This document shows, in pieces, positions 29,482 to 41,179 of a stretch of 64,000 nt of DNA. This stretch comes from Nitrosopumilus sp. (GTDB lineage Archaea > Thermoproteota > Nitrososphaeria > Nitrososphaerales > Nitrosopumilaceae). Positions within the stretch are counted from its first letter, which is position 1. The number at the start of each line of letters is the position of its first letter. The position numbers and the translations under genes were made by a program. The stretch covers positions 1,472,001 through 1,536,000 of the forward strand of contig OY759726.1 of the NCBI GenBank assembly GCA_963662625.1, written 5' to 3'. Below the pieces are notes generated by a model. That model saw only the letters and a program-made list of their open reading frames with translations. It made no database searches and had not been told where the DNA came from.

Positions 29482-32400
29482 TTGAGGGGCGGCAGCCCCC
29501 CGGGCACGTTCGACTCCCTCCTAAAGCGGATACGTGAGGAATCAAAGAGTAAGGCTGACCTTGGAGCCCGGTTCGAGAAGATAACGAAGGAATTTCTGGT
29601 CACGGATACCCAGTACAAAACAAGGTTCAGGAAGGTATATCTCTGGAAGGAATGGAGGCGCAGGGCCACCGTATCCCCCCACGGCGGAGACATAGGAGTG
29701 GACCTGATGGCGGAGGAAAGGGATGGGAGCTGGTGCGCAATCCAGTGCAAGTGCTATGCCGACGACGGCACCTTGGACTACAGGATCCTCAGCACGTTCT
29801 TTGCCACGGCAGGCCTGATCAGAGAAAAACACAGGAGAAAGGTCAACACGGTCCTCGTTTACACCGGGGATCGCACCACGCCAAACGCCGACAGGGCAAT
29901 CAGGATAAACCACTGCCATGTCATAGGGCAGGACGAGTTCCGGGACAGCACCATCCTCTGGGAGGACTTCCCGCGACTCCATGTCAGAAAGCCGAAGTCC
30001 CTATACCCGCACCAGCAAAAGGCGCTTGACGACGTCCTGGCAGGCCTGAAAAAAGCCGACCGCGGCAAGCTGATCATGGCATGCGGCACGGGCAAGACGC
30101 TGACGTCCTTAAGGATAGCAGAAGGGCACGCGGGTGCCGGAAGGGCAGTGCTGTACCTGGTGCCCTCGATCTCCCTGATCCACCAGACCATGAGCGAGTG
30201 GAGCGAAAATGCCCGGCTAGAGCACCACTATGCCGTGGTCTGCTCTGACCGTACCGTGGGAGGCGACGAGGACGGCGACATAAGCCAGCTAGCATTCCCC
30301 CGACCACGGACACGGATGAGCTCAGGCGGTCGTTCTCCTCCAGAAAAAAAACCTCCATGGGCGTGGTGTTCTCCACGTACCATTCCATAGACGTGGCAAA
30401 GAATGCCATAGACGGCGAGTTCGACCTGGTACTGTGCGACGAGGCGCACAGGACGACGGGCGCCGAGGATAAGGGGAGCGCGAGCTACTTTACGAAGGTG
30501 CACGATGACGGGAGCGTCAAGGCCAAGAAGAGGCTCTACATGACCGCGACCCCGAGGGTGTACGGGGAGGCGGTAAAAAACAGGGTCGAGGTCTACTCCA
30601 TGGATGACGAGGACACCTACGGGAAGGAGATGCACAACTACTCCTTTGACGCGGCTGTGGACGACAAGCAGCTGTCAGACTTTAAGGTCAGGATACCCGT
30701 CATCCCAGGGGAGGATCTGGCCACATACACCAACGAGAGCATCGACGGGGAGGACGGCACGGTGGACGAGAGGGTACTCCTTGCCGCGGTGTGGCACGGG
30801 TTCAACTACAACGGGGAGGAGAAGCGGCCCCTGCTGCAGAGGGTGATATCGTTCTCAAACAAGATACGGGCGTCAAAGCAGTTTGCGGGCGTCTACGGCG
30901 GGGACGCCCGCACCCAGGACGAGGATCGTTATGAAAAGCGCATCCTGGAAAACGAGGACGACGACAGGGTGAGGGAGGATCGCAGCTTTGGGAACACAGT
31001 GAAAAAATACGAGGCGGTCAGCAACCACAAAACCGGGAACACGGTGTCCGTGCGGCACATGGACGGCACCATGAGGGCCAGCATCCGGAACAACAAGATG
31101 CGGTGGCTCAAGGACAGCGATCAGGACCAAGGGGAGTGCCGCATACTGTCAAACGCCAGGTGCCTCTCGGAGGGGGTCGACGTCCCGGCCCTCGACGCGG
31201 TGATATTCCTCCAGCCCAGAAAGTCAAAGACGGACGTGATCCAGAGCGTGGGACGGGTGATGAGGAAGTCTCCCGGCAAGGAGTACGGGTACGTGATACT
31301 GCCCGTAGTGATACCCACCGGCATGACGTTTGAGCAGTCACTCCACGACAACAGGGCGTGGAAGACCGTGTGGCAGGTCCTCTCTGCCCTGAGATCCCAC
31401 AACCCTAACTTTGCAAACGAGATAAACAGGGTGAACCTCGACCGCAGCCCAGGAGGCGGCCCGGCAAAACTCGAGAACGTGGAGATCGTCTGGATGGGAA
31501 GCCACCACCGGATGGAGCCCGAGCACGAGATGTTTGGGAGGCTTGTCACGCGGATGGTCGAGAAAGTCGGCGACAGGACGTACTTTGAGGACAGGGCAAG
31601 GCAACTCGGGGAAAAGGCAAGCGAGATACGCGACAGGATCAAGACCACGTACGAGACCGGCGGCCACCCGAGCGTGGCAGGGGCGGTCGACTCGCTGTGC
31701 ATGGGGCTCAGGTCAATCATAAACCACACGATAAACGAGGCCGGGACGATCAACGTCCTTGCGCAGCACCACGCGCTCTCGCAGGTGTTTGACACGCTGT
31801 TTCCGGAGGAGTTCAGATCGGCCAACCCTGTGGCCGCCGCGCTTGACGACTCGATAGGAAAAATCGGCATGCGGGGGGAGCTTGAGGACTTTGAAGGGTT
31901 CTACGGGGAAGTAAGGCGCGAGGCAGGCAAATTCCAGAGCAGGGGCGGCAAGCAGGAGTACATCCGCAAGATATACGGGAATTTCCTGCTGGGGTTTGAC
32001 AAGAAAAAACAAGAGTCGGAGGGGGTAGTCTACACGCCGGGCGAGGTCATCGACTTTATAATACACAGCGTGGAGCATGTACTGCGTGAGGAGTTCGGAA
32101 CTGGATTTAACGACAGGAGGGTCAAGGTGTTTGACCCGTTCACGGGAACTGGGTCGTTTGTGACCGGGCTGCTAGAGTCCGGTCTGATAACGCGGGAGAA
32201 CCTCCCCCGCAAGTATTCCAACGACATGTGGGCAAACGAGATAAACCTGCTGGCGTACTATGTGGCGTCTGTAAACATAGAGTCAGTCTTTGAAAAGGTA
32301 TCCGGGAAGGGCATGCACGTCCCGTTCCGGAACATCAACTACACCGACACCCTGAACCACAACCCCCGGTACAGGCTGGATGAGAGGCACCGGTATCGGA

Positions 32401-34260
32401 AGGGGAAACTACACGGGCGGGTGGAGAAGATCGTCGAGAACATCAAGCGGCACAACTATTCCCACATACACGTCATCTTCGGCAACCCCCCGTACTCCGC
32501 GGGCCAGAGCGACTTCAACGACCAGAACCAGAACGTGGAGTACCCGGTGATTGACGACCGCATAAAAAAGACCTATCTTGAGAAACTCAATAACAGCAAT
32601 CAAAAAATCGGGAACGTCAACTCAATCTATGATTCCTACATCCGCTCGATCCACTGGGCGTCAGACAGGATCGGGAATTCGGGGGTCATAGGGTTCGTCA
32701 CGAACGCCGGCTTTTTGCGGGCCGACGCCGCGGCCGGGATGCGCGCCTGCCTGCGGGAAGAGTTCTCCGGCGTGTGGGTCTTCGACCTGAGGGGGAACCA
32801 AAGAACCCAAGGTGAAATCTCCAAGAAGGAGGGCGGGAAGATATTCGGTTCAGGTTCCAGGACCCCCGTCGCCATCACGATCCTGGTGAAGAATCCCGAC
32901 AGGATGAAGAAGGACAAGAAAGGAAGGCCCAGGGGCACCATACGCTACAAGGACATCGGCGACTACCATTCCAGGGAGGAGAAGATCCGGATCATCAGTG
33001 ACGCCAAGTCCGTCCAAGGAATCACGGGCTGGAAGACCATACGCCCGGACAAGCACCATGACTGGCTGGATCAGAGGGGCGGCGGCTTTGCAAAGTACCT
33101 CCCGATGGGCAGCAAGGAGGCAAAGGCGGGGAGGGGGGACGCGGTATTCGGGGTTTACTTCAGTGGCGTCAAAACACAGCGTGATGCGTGGGCCTACAAT
33201 TCGTCCGAACCTGAACTTTCCAGAAACATGAAGAAGCACATAGACTACTGCAACCAACAGGACTGGGACGACCCGGAAATTGATCCAAAGAAGGCCAAAT
33301 GGGATGAAGAGTTGTCAAAAAAATTAAAAAAAGCAGGAAGGCAAAAGTTTGAAAAATCCAAGATCCGCCGTTCCCTGTATCGGCCGTTTTTCAGGCAATT
33401 CCTCTATTTTGACAAGATGTTCAATGTTCGACAGTACCTCATCCCAAAATTCTTCCCCCGCAACGACTCTGAAAACATGGTGATCTGCGTGCCGCACAAG
33501 GGCAGGAGTGGGATGTTCTCCACACTGGTGACTGACGTCACCCCCGACCTTCACGTAATCGAACAGTCACAGTGCTTCCCGCTCTATACTTACGACGGTG
33601 GGGAGAAAAGGTACAACATCACCGACCACGCGCTCCACTCGTACAGGAAGCACTACGGTGACGATTCCATCAAAAAGATCGACATCTTCCACTACGTCTA
33701 CGGCCTGCTGCACCACCCGGGCTACAGAAAAAAATTCGCAAGCAACCTGTCCCGCGAGCTGCCGCACATCCCGATGGCGCCGGACTTCCGCGCCTTTTCG
33801 AGAACCGGGAGGGAACTGGCGGACCTGCACCTCTCGTGGGAGACATGCGAGAGGCACAACCTGGGAACGCCTAAACACAACCCCAAAAAGTTCAGCAAGC
33901 TCTCGTTTGGCAGGACGACGGTGGAAAAGGACGGCAAGAAGAATCACCACGCCGACCCGTTAGTACTCCTTGCCGACGGCGACATCGTGTTTGACAACCT
34001 TCCCGACGTCAAGTACACGGTCAACGGCCGCGCCCCCGTGGCGCGGGCAGTCGACAGGTACGAGCTATTGAAAGATAAGGGCAGCGGCATAACCAACGAC
34101 GCCACGGGGGTCGACCTCGTCCCACTCATAGAGAGGCTCGTCCACGTCGGGGTGGAGTCTGACAGGCTCATCTCAGGGCTGCCCGAAGAGTTCGAGCCGG
34201 AGGGCTGGGAGCCACGCAAGGTTGGACTGGACGCGCACATGGGGGTGGCCCAGGTACTTT
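29482..34260 (+). pseudogene. Type ISP (LlaGI/LlaBIII-like) restriction-modification enzyme, split by a frameshift near 30300
   Basis: Mrr-type nuclease DIGVDL...AIQCK; helicase MACGTGKT, DEAH, TATP, LSEGVDVP, QSVGRVMR; MTase DPFTGTG, GNPPY; ISP C-terminal TRD. One extra C in the C5 run at 30297-30301 would join both ORFs. 3' end approximate. Confidence 0.85.
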
Positions 34261-34397
34261 CCAGCGTCATCCCCACACCCTGTTGCACAATTCGATCTTC
34301 AGGTACGAAAAGCACACCAATGAAGACGGGGACGGGCAGGGTTGCGCGACAGCCCCCATCACACACACTTTTATGCCTCTGCGTCGGGCCATTGGCA

Positions 34398-35240
34398 ATG
34401 ACGAAATCAAAGACGATGCTGACCGTGCTGCTGGCCGTCAGCCTGGCCGCCGTGGGGGGTGGGAGCTCGCATGCCGTATCCGATGACTCTCCGCCGCCAG
34501 TGTCCAAACAAGGCCAGATCGGCAGCCCGACGCCAGAAACATCCTCGATAACAAGTTCCACCTACGTCCCCCCGGACGTGGTCTCATACGAAAAGGCAAT
34601 CCATGTCGACAGGTGGGGGACCGCCAATACCGTGGAAATGCCCACCGTTTGCTGGTACGACGTCAACGACACATGCCCCGATCTTTGGATCGGCAGCCTG
34701 TTTTATGACATGGGCGACCTCTTGTATTTCTACATGAATCAAGACTGGAACGCGTCCGTGGCCAATTCTGGCGGGTTCGAAATTTTCGACAGCGAGACAG
34801 GGAATTCCATCTATAGGAACAGTTACCTATCGGGCGCCAGCCATGAGGTTTATGTGAGGCTGTCAGGCGAACTGTTTGAGCCGAAATGCTACGACATCGC
34901 CGTCTGGTACGGCCCGGTCACCGAGATCCAGAAACGGTTCTGCATCGCGGTCGAACCCGACAGTCCGCCGGCACCGACCGTCGGGGTCTCCGGGAAGGTC
35001 TACACGGACGCGAACGGCAACGGAAAACTGGATCCCGGGGAAACCGGACTGTCCGACATGACAGTGGTGGCGTACAGTTACGCGGACCTGGACACCAGAA
35101 AGGCCACCACCGACGCGAACGGCGACTACTCGTTCGGGCTGCCCCCAGGGGGATACATGGTGCAGGTAGAGGGGACCAATGCCATAGCGTACGGCACGAT
35201 CATCGACGGGACCATCTCCGAACAAAATCTTGGGCTCTAG
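34398..35240 (+). CDS. Secreted protein with SdrD B-like domain (in frame with the upstream ISP ORF)
   Basis: Signal peptide MTKSKTMLTVLLAVSLAAVGGGSSHA; GKVYTDANGNGKLDPGETGL...TTDANGDYSF. Confidence 0.75.
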   Translation: MTKSKTMLTVLLAVSLAAVGGGSSHAVSDDSPPPVSKQGQIGSPTPETSSITSSTYVPPDVVSYEKAIHVDRWGTANTVEMPTVCWYDVNDTCPDLWIGSLFYDMGDLLYFYMNQDWNASVANSGGFEIFDSETGNSIYRNSYLSGASHEVYVRLSGELFEPKCYDIAVWYGPVTEIQKRFCIAVEPDSPPAPTVGVSGKVYTDANGNGKLDPGETGLSDMTVVAYSYADLDTRKATTDANGDYSFGLPPGGYMVQVEGTNAIAYGTIIDGTISEQNLGL

Positions 35241-35276
35241 CCCTCCCTTTTTTATTCATCAGGTAAAAACATCACA

Positions 35277-36665
35277 CCTATGTTAACCGCCAGCCGTAGT
35301 TGCCGCAATGCATCCCGCGGCTTTTCCGATCCGTGCACAGGTTGCACCGCATGGGATTCATGACTGGCGCTGGCAAGACGGTCCGGGATGCGGGCAGCGC
35401 GGGGGGCCGCCCCCGGCGCGCCTTCCACGTCCTGGCCAGCTTGCGCCGACACGGCCCACCGTTGCGGGACCCGTGGGGCGTCCTGGTGGCCGGCATGTGC
35501 CACATCACGGTGGCCATCTTGTGGGCCACCGCCGTGATTGCCGGCCCATGCCTGTCCGCGTGCCCCCGGCGCGCGGACGCGTACATGGCCACCATTCCGG
35601 CGTCGTGTCGTGCGGAGGTGTACGCGGCCCCGCGCATGGCCAGGCTGCCGGGGTCGATCTTCTTGATCCGCCCCGCAGCGGCCGGTTCCCCGACTGGCAG
35701 GCCGCCGGGCACGGCCCGGCCCACGACGCCGCCTGCCTTGGCCCCCTGGACCCCGGGGACGTCCCGATCCCGGGGGCCGTCGGCACCGCGGCGAGCGCGC
35801 CGGCGCCGGCCGTGCCGGCCGGCAGCCTCGCGTCACCGTTGCGGGCGGCCCCCGTCCCGGGGAGCCCCCCCGTCACGGAGATCTCCCCCGTCAGGTGCCC
35901 CGCCTGCCGGGCGCGTCGGCCCGGGACCGACCCGTCGTGCCCGGGGCCTGGCCCCGCGGACTCCGGCTGCCCCAGGGCCCTTTCGGGGTGCATGGCGGGG
36001 GCGCCCGTTTGGACGTCGTGGCGGCCCGGGAGGCTGCGGGCGCGGCTTGCCGCGCGCGCCCTGTCCCGGGCCGGCCCCGCCCCCTGCCCGGCCACCGCGC
36101 GCATCCCCCCGGCGTGGCCCGGGGGGACGCAGCGCCCCGGCACCATGCCCGTCCCCGGCACCTGCGCCATCTTCCCTGCGCCAATCCTGTCGGTCTTCTC
36201 GGCGGTCCTGGCCATCAGGGCCATCCTGTGCGTGTTGGCCAGTCTGGTGCCGGTCCCGGCCGCCCCGGAGGCGCCAGGCGCCCTGTCCCGCATGCTGCCA
36301 GTCGTCCCGCGGGCGGCCCTGCAGGGGCCGCCGCCCAGGCACCTGCGCGCCATCGCCCCCGCGAACTTCGCCGCGCCGTCCCGGGCGTCGGGGTACCGCC
36401 CCCTCCCGGGAACCTTCCCGTTCCCGCCCGCCACGCACGCGCCGCGCTTTCCCTGCCCCATGCCTGCCCCCATGCCTGTCTTTCCCGTCCTTTCCTGTCG
36501 CCTCCTTCCGGATGCCTGGCGGATCGGAAGCCGCGCACGCCCATCAGGGCGCGAAGCCCAGTGACGCGGCGGCCCGGGTTGCCCCATTCAACAGAAAGGG
36601 CGCCAGGCCCACGCGCTACCAGGGGCCGGTCCATCGGGGCAACTACGCCTGGGTGGTTATCACGT
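35277..36665 (-). mobile_element. Degenerate IS110-family (IS1111-like) element
   Basis: Multi-frame remnants RLANTHRMAL...KTDRI, APGIG, GRIKK, AITAVAHKMATVMWHM; subterminal IRs TTAACCGCCAGCCGTAGTTGCC / GGCAACTACGCCTGGGTGGTTAT. Confidence 0.8.
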
Positions 36666-36971
36666 GTTCAACAGATTACTAGCGGACAGACTTTTTATAT
36701 ACTACATCAGCGCTTGGCCATCCAAAATCCTTTATACCCACTGATGAAAAACTGAATCTGGATTTGACTGGCAGCCGATCGGATCATCTTGTACTAGAAT
36801 GGTCATTGCCCCTAGACTGGGGGATCGGGGCCTGGAGGAACTGGGCATGATCAGGCCCACGGTTGGACATTCCAGAAACCAGGCATACGCCTGGAAGGAG
36901 GTGGTGTCGCTCTGGGCATCGCCAGAAATGATCAGAGACGCGCGTGGATGCGTGGTTTCGGGACCGGTTTC

Positions 36972-37895
36972 ATGGCACTGAGCGTCTTGGAACTGTGTTC
37001 CGGAGCAGGCGGCCAGGCGCTGGGGTTTGAGGATGCAGGATACCACCACGAGGCCCTAGTGGATAACAATCAATGGGCGTGCGCCACGATCAGGGAGAAC
37101 CGGCCCAACTGGGACGTGGTGGAAGGTGACATATCGGGGATCGATGCAGTTGGTTGGCGCGGAGTGGATGTGGTGGCAGGGGGTCTCCCCTGCCCCCCGT
37201 TTTCCGCAGCCGGTAGGCAGCTTGGGGAGGACGATGAGCGGAACCTATTTCCTGCCCTGTTCAGGATACTGGAAGAGGTGCGCCCGGAGGCCGTGGTAAT
37301 AGAGAACGTCCGCGGGCTGATGATGCCCAGATTCGTGACGTATCGGGAGGTGATAAATTCTATGCTGGAGTCATTGGGCTTCCGAACATACTGGGGGATG
37401 GCAAACGCGGTCAACTTTGGAGTTCCGCAGAAGCGGACCAGAACGTTCATCATAGGCCTGCGCGACCACGACAGTGAGTTTTTGTGGCCTGCCGGGGACG
37501 GCGCAGTGGGGACCGTTGGGGAAGCCATCGGGGACATGATGGGTGAGGACGGCTGGCACATGGTCGACGAGTGGGTAAGGGGGGCCAACAGACCTGCACC
37601 CACACTAGTGGGGGGTTCCAAAAAACACGGGGGTCCGGATCTGGGACCCACACGAGCAAGGAGGGAGTGGGCGGAGCTGGGGGTGGACGGCATGGGGGTG
37701 GCAGACTCCCCCCCACACCGCGACTTTGAGGGCATGCCGCGCCTCACAACCGAAATGGCTGCCACGTTGCAGGCGTTTCCAAAGGACTGGAAGTTTGCGG
37801 GCGGGAAGACTCAGCGGTACAGGCAGGTGGGCAACGCGCTCCCCCCGAACCTGGCACGCGCGGTGGCATCGGAGGTTGCACGGTGCCTCGCGTAG
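36972..37895 (+). CDS. DNA (cytosine-5) methyltransferase, M.NaeI/M.NgoMIV-like
   Basis: LCSGAGG, GLPCPPFS, ENV, QKRTR, QVGNA; target-recognition segment APTLVGGSKKHGGPDLGPTRA as recalled from GCCGGC-specific MTases. Confidence 0.92.
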   Translation: MALSVLELCSGAGGQALGFEDAGYHHEALVDNNQWACATIRENRPNWDVVEGDISGIDAVGWRGVDVVAGGLPCPPFSAAGRQLGEDDERNLFPALFRILEEVRPEAVVIENVRGLMMPRFVTYREVINSMLESLGFRTYWGMANAVNFGVPQKRTRTFIIGLRDHDSEFLWPAGDGAVGTVGEAIGDMMGEDGWHMVDEWVRGANRPAPTLVGGSKKHGGPDLGPTRARREWAELGVDGMGVADSPPHRDFEGMPRLTTEMAATLQAFPKDWKFAGGKTQRYRQVGNALPPNLARAVASEVARCLA

Positions 37896-38452
37896 GCTCG
37901 CGGGCCACGCTTGCGGAATATCTCCGCTCCCGAGTGGGTCAGGTGCTGGACGCCGATGAGCTTCAGGAAGCAGCCGGCGGGGCGACGGAATGGGCCCGCC
38001 GCCTGCGGGAATTGAGGGCCTCCGGCTGGAGCATAAGCTCCAACAACGACAGGAACGACCTCAAGCCAGGACAGTACGTGCTTGAGGCGGAGCCACCAGA
38101 CAAGGGCGAGTACGTCTTTGAGCGCCCAATATCAGGCACTACGCGGGCACGGGTGTTGGAGAGGAACGGATACACCTGTCAGATGTGCGGCGCCTCCGCG
38201 GGAGACGCGGATGAGCTCAACCCTGGTCGCAAGATCCGGTTGCACATAGGCCACATAACGGATCGTAGCCATGGCGGGGACGATTCGGAGCACAACCTGA
38301 GGGCATTGTGTAGCACCTGCAACCAGGGCGCAAAGAATCTCACCATTGAGCCACCAAGACACAGATGGCTTCTAGCACAAGTCCGCCGGGCCAATATGGA
38401 CGACCAGAAAAAGATCCTGAAATGGCTCAAGAAGCGCTTCAATGAAGAATGA
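37883..38452 (+). CDS. HNH restriction endonuclease (wHTH + HNH, KpnI-like layout)
   Basis: EWARRLRELR; CQMCG...HIGHI.DRSHGG...NLRALCSTCN; overlaps the MTase stop. Confidence 0.85.
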   Translation: MPRVGSRATLAEYLRSRVGQVLDADELQEAAGGATEWARRLRELRASGWSISSNNDRNDLKPGQYVLEAEPPDKGEYVFERPISGTTRARVLERNGYTCQMCGASAGDADELNPGRKIRLHIGHITDRSHGGDDSEHNLRALCSTCNQGAKNLTIEPPRHRWLLAQVRRANMDDQKKILKWLKKRFNEE

Positions 38453-38891
38453 GTACGTTTGAATAATAGGCGAGAAGGGTGGCCTCGCATGAGTCGGTCA
38501 GGAGCAATGGCGGCCGTCGCAGACGACCCTGTCGGCAAACAGGATAATGCCGCCAGAACCTACGACGCCCTTTCCCGTGACGTCAAGGCAGCTCACACCG
38601 GCCATTCCACTGTCGCTACTGCCTGTGGCGGAATGGTTTGCCGCCACGATGCCCGATGTCATACCCAGCGTTGCGACAAGCGCGCCCATCGCTGCGGCTT
38701 TGCCGTCGTCACGCCTTTCAGTATGGGTGGAACCGTGGTGTTTGCCGTAGTTGCCGTGGATCCGGGGTGGGAAAATGAAATGTTTCGAATACTTCAGTGT
38801 AATGAGCGTCACTCTAGCGCGCTTTCCTCCAGCATACGGGCAATCCTAGTGGCAGTGAAATCAAAATAAGAGCGCCAAACTACCAATACAG

Positions 38892-39296
38892 ATGACCGAC
38901 ATCTTCAGCAAAGAGAAAAGGTCTTGGATAATGTCACGCATACGCAGCAGAAACACCAAGATAGATCTCAAAATGGACTGCATGCTCAGAAACATAGGAA
39001 TTACATACGTGATGTACCCAAAGATGTTTGGAAGTCCGGACTTTGCACTGGAGGCCAAAAAGATTGCGATCTTTTGTGATGGTGATTTCTGGCACGGATA
39101 CAACTACGCCAGAAAGAAGCCACTAAAAAAATACTGGAGGGAAAAGATTGAGAGAAACATGAAGCGCGACAGATACGTCTCTAGAAAGCTGAGGCGTGAG
39201 GGGTGGTCGGTTTTGAGGTTCTGGGAGCACGACATTGATAAAAGAGCGACGGCTTGCACGAATCGGATAATTAGAAAAATAATGGAAAAACCATAG
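38892..39296 (+). CDS. vsr: Very-short-patch repair endonuclease
   Basis: RSWIMSRIRS, GSPDF, IFCDGDFWHG, YWREKIERN, LRFWEH. Confidence 0.93.
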   Translation: MTDIFSKEKRSWIMSRIRSRNTKIDLKMDCMLRNIGITYVMYPKMFGSPDFALEAKKIAIFCDGDFWHGYNYARKKPLKKYWREKIERNMKRDRYVSRKLRREGWSVLRFWEHDIDKRATACTNRIIRKIMEKP

Positions 39297-39299
39297 CCG

Positions 39300-39660
39300 G
39301 TGCTCCACGGTTATCCGCCCCCGCAGGATGGTACATCGTCAGGTCCGGGGAACCTGCAGTCGCCGCATGCGCTCGCCATGTGGAACCGTCGCCCCGGCGA
39401 AAAATTAAATCTTGCTGATCTTGCGGCTGGGCGCAAAGCACGCCAAGCAGTGCCCCGACAGGGTGTCGTCCTGGGTGGAACGCTTCAAGGAGGGCGCCAG
39501 CACCGCCTTCCCCGGAACGTCCCGCCCATAACGACACTCTGTCGGGGCACCGCATGGGGGAACCTGCGGCGTCCCGGACGCCCCTGTCGCGGTTGCACAC
39601 CGTGGCCGACGTGTTCCGCTCGGAACCCAAGATCCCTTGGCATGCGGCCCTTGCCGCGCC
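39300..39660 (+). pseudogene. Degenerate transposase HTH remnant
   Basis: Broken frames containing VSSWVERFKEG, typical of IS630/IS481 HTH segments. Confidence 0.35.
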
Positions 39661-39665
39661 GACGG

Positions 39666-40889
39666 TCACTTGAGCCCACCGGCCTCGACCCACTCGTCTG
39701 GTGTCAGCACGTGTACGCGTAACTCCTCCAATATCTGGTCGCGGATCAGGAGAAAGTCCGCGTCCTCGGTCATCAGGATCTTGGTCTTGCTATTGTCCCT
39801 GAGCTTGGGATGTGACGCCTTGGCGAGTATCGCCTTGTCTATCGTCAGATCGAACATGCAGACCTCCCAGGTGTATTCTTGCCGTACGCCGCCTCCATCC
39901 ACATTCTTATGGTGCTTCTGCTTGACATGCTTCCTCCAGGTCTCGTCACGGAGGAACGCGTTCCGAAGTAAGGCCGCCACCTCGTCCTTTCGCTTCTCCA
40001 TCCCGTTGCTGTCGCCCACCGTACGGGAATCCGCCCCACTTCCCGGAACCAGCCTGCGCGCCTTCTTCACGCACTTGCTCGCAGTCTTCTCGCTACCGTT
40101 GATCCCCAATACCACCCCACGCAACTCTTCAAGCGTGTTGCTTGCCACATACAACCTCCCGCTTTCCGAGAGGGACTCGACGATCTCCTTAATCCTGGGG
40201 CTTGGCGGATCATCGCCGGGCTTGGGCGCGATTTCCCCTATCGCCACCATGTAATTCACCATCACGTTGGTGTCCGGCATCACGATACATCCCTCCGGGT
40301 CTATCTTCGGGGGCCACCGGAGTTCCTCGTCTGCGGGGACTGCCGACTCCCGGGGACCCCCGCCCACGATCTTTTCTGGGCTCGGCGCGCCGGTGGGGGC
40401 CACGGCGGGCCGGGCAGGCCGCTCCTGCGTATGGGGGGCACGGTGTGACTTTGGGGTTTGTCCGGGTTCTGCAGCCACCGGCTTCTGGCATGCCTGACTT
40501 TTGATCGCGCCTTCTGGGTTTGTGACGGCAGGTTGAGATCCCTGCTTGCGGGTGGCAGCTGGTTTCTTTCCTTCGATCAGGCCATCCAACACGCGCATGA
40601 GATCGGATCTCTGCTCGGAGTTGATCGGCATTAGGTTCAGCTTGTACCCCGTCTTGGTTATGAGAAGGAGCTTTTTACCCGCCAAGGTGTCCCACACGCG
40701 CATTTTTTCATAGGGTTCTGCCCTCTTACCATATGAGCGCATGTGGTTTGCTATGACGGCTTGGGGCCTCTCTTTTGGATACGATTCCAGCAGCGCTTTA
40801 ACCGCTAACAGTCCTGGGGATCCCGTCACCATCGTTTGAATAATGTCCCTAAACACTTCAAACGCAAGGGACTCTTCCAGCCCTTCCAC
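39666..40889 (-). CDS. Protein with unknown N-terminal domain, Pro/Ala-rich linker and C-terminal PIN domain
   Basis: VMPDTNVMV, VASNTLEE, DKAILA, LMTEDADF. Confidence 0.7.
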   Translation of the reverse strand: MEGLEESLAFEVFRDIIQTMVTGSPGLLAVKALLESYPKERPQAVIANHMRSYGKRAEPYEKMRVWDTLAGKKLLLITKTGYKLNLMPINSEQRSDLMRVLDGLIEGKKPAATRKQGSQPAVTNPEGAIKSQACQKPVAAEPGQTPKSHRAPHTQERPARPAVAPTGAPSPEKIVGGGPRESAVPADEELRWPPKIDPEGCIVMPDTNVMVNYMVAIGEIAPKPGDDPPSPRIKEIVESLSESGRLYVASNTLEELRGVVLGINGSEKTASKCVKKARRLVPGSGADSRTVGDSNGMEKRKDEVAALLRNAFLRDETWRKHVKQKHHKNVDGGGVRQEYTWEVCMFDLTIDKAILAKASHPKLRDNSKTKILMTEDADFLLIRDQILEELRVHVLTPDEWVEAGGLK

Positions 40890-41179
40890 GCAGTCTGGCG
40901 TGTGACATTTCTAATTAATTTTTCCTGGCAGCCAGCGTACATCATTAGGTCCGCGGCACGCGGTTGCCACCTACTAGCCGACACGGGCGATGCGGCTGGC
41001 CGGCACCGCCCCGCCCGATCCCAGTAACCATATGTGCCCCGAAAGAAGCCGGTTTCAGATGGTACCTGCCATAAGCGCGCCAGGAAGCAAACAAGCAGAT
41101 TGCCGGCTCCGGCAAGGAAGCGCGTGAAGGCTTCCGGGGCGGGTAACCAGTGCACGGACGACGGAGAGTACGTGGGGAC

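Noticed and set aside
30357-35240. A single 1627-aa protein
   Set aside because: An internal signal peptide and a non-conserved-looking linker indicate two genes.
38459-38869. 136-aa ORF between the HNH and vsr genes
   Set aside because: No recognisable motif and competing frames; possibly a decayed small gene.
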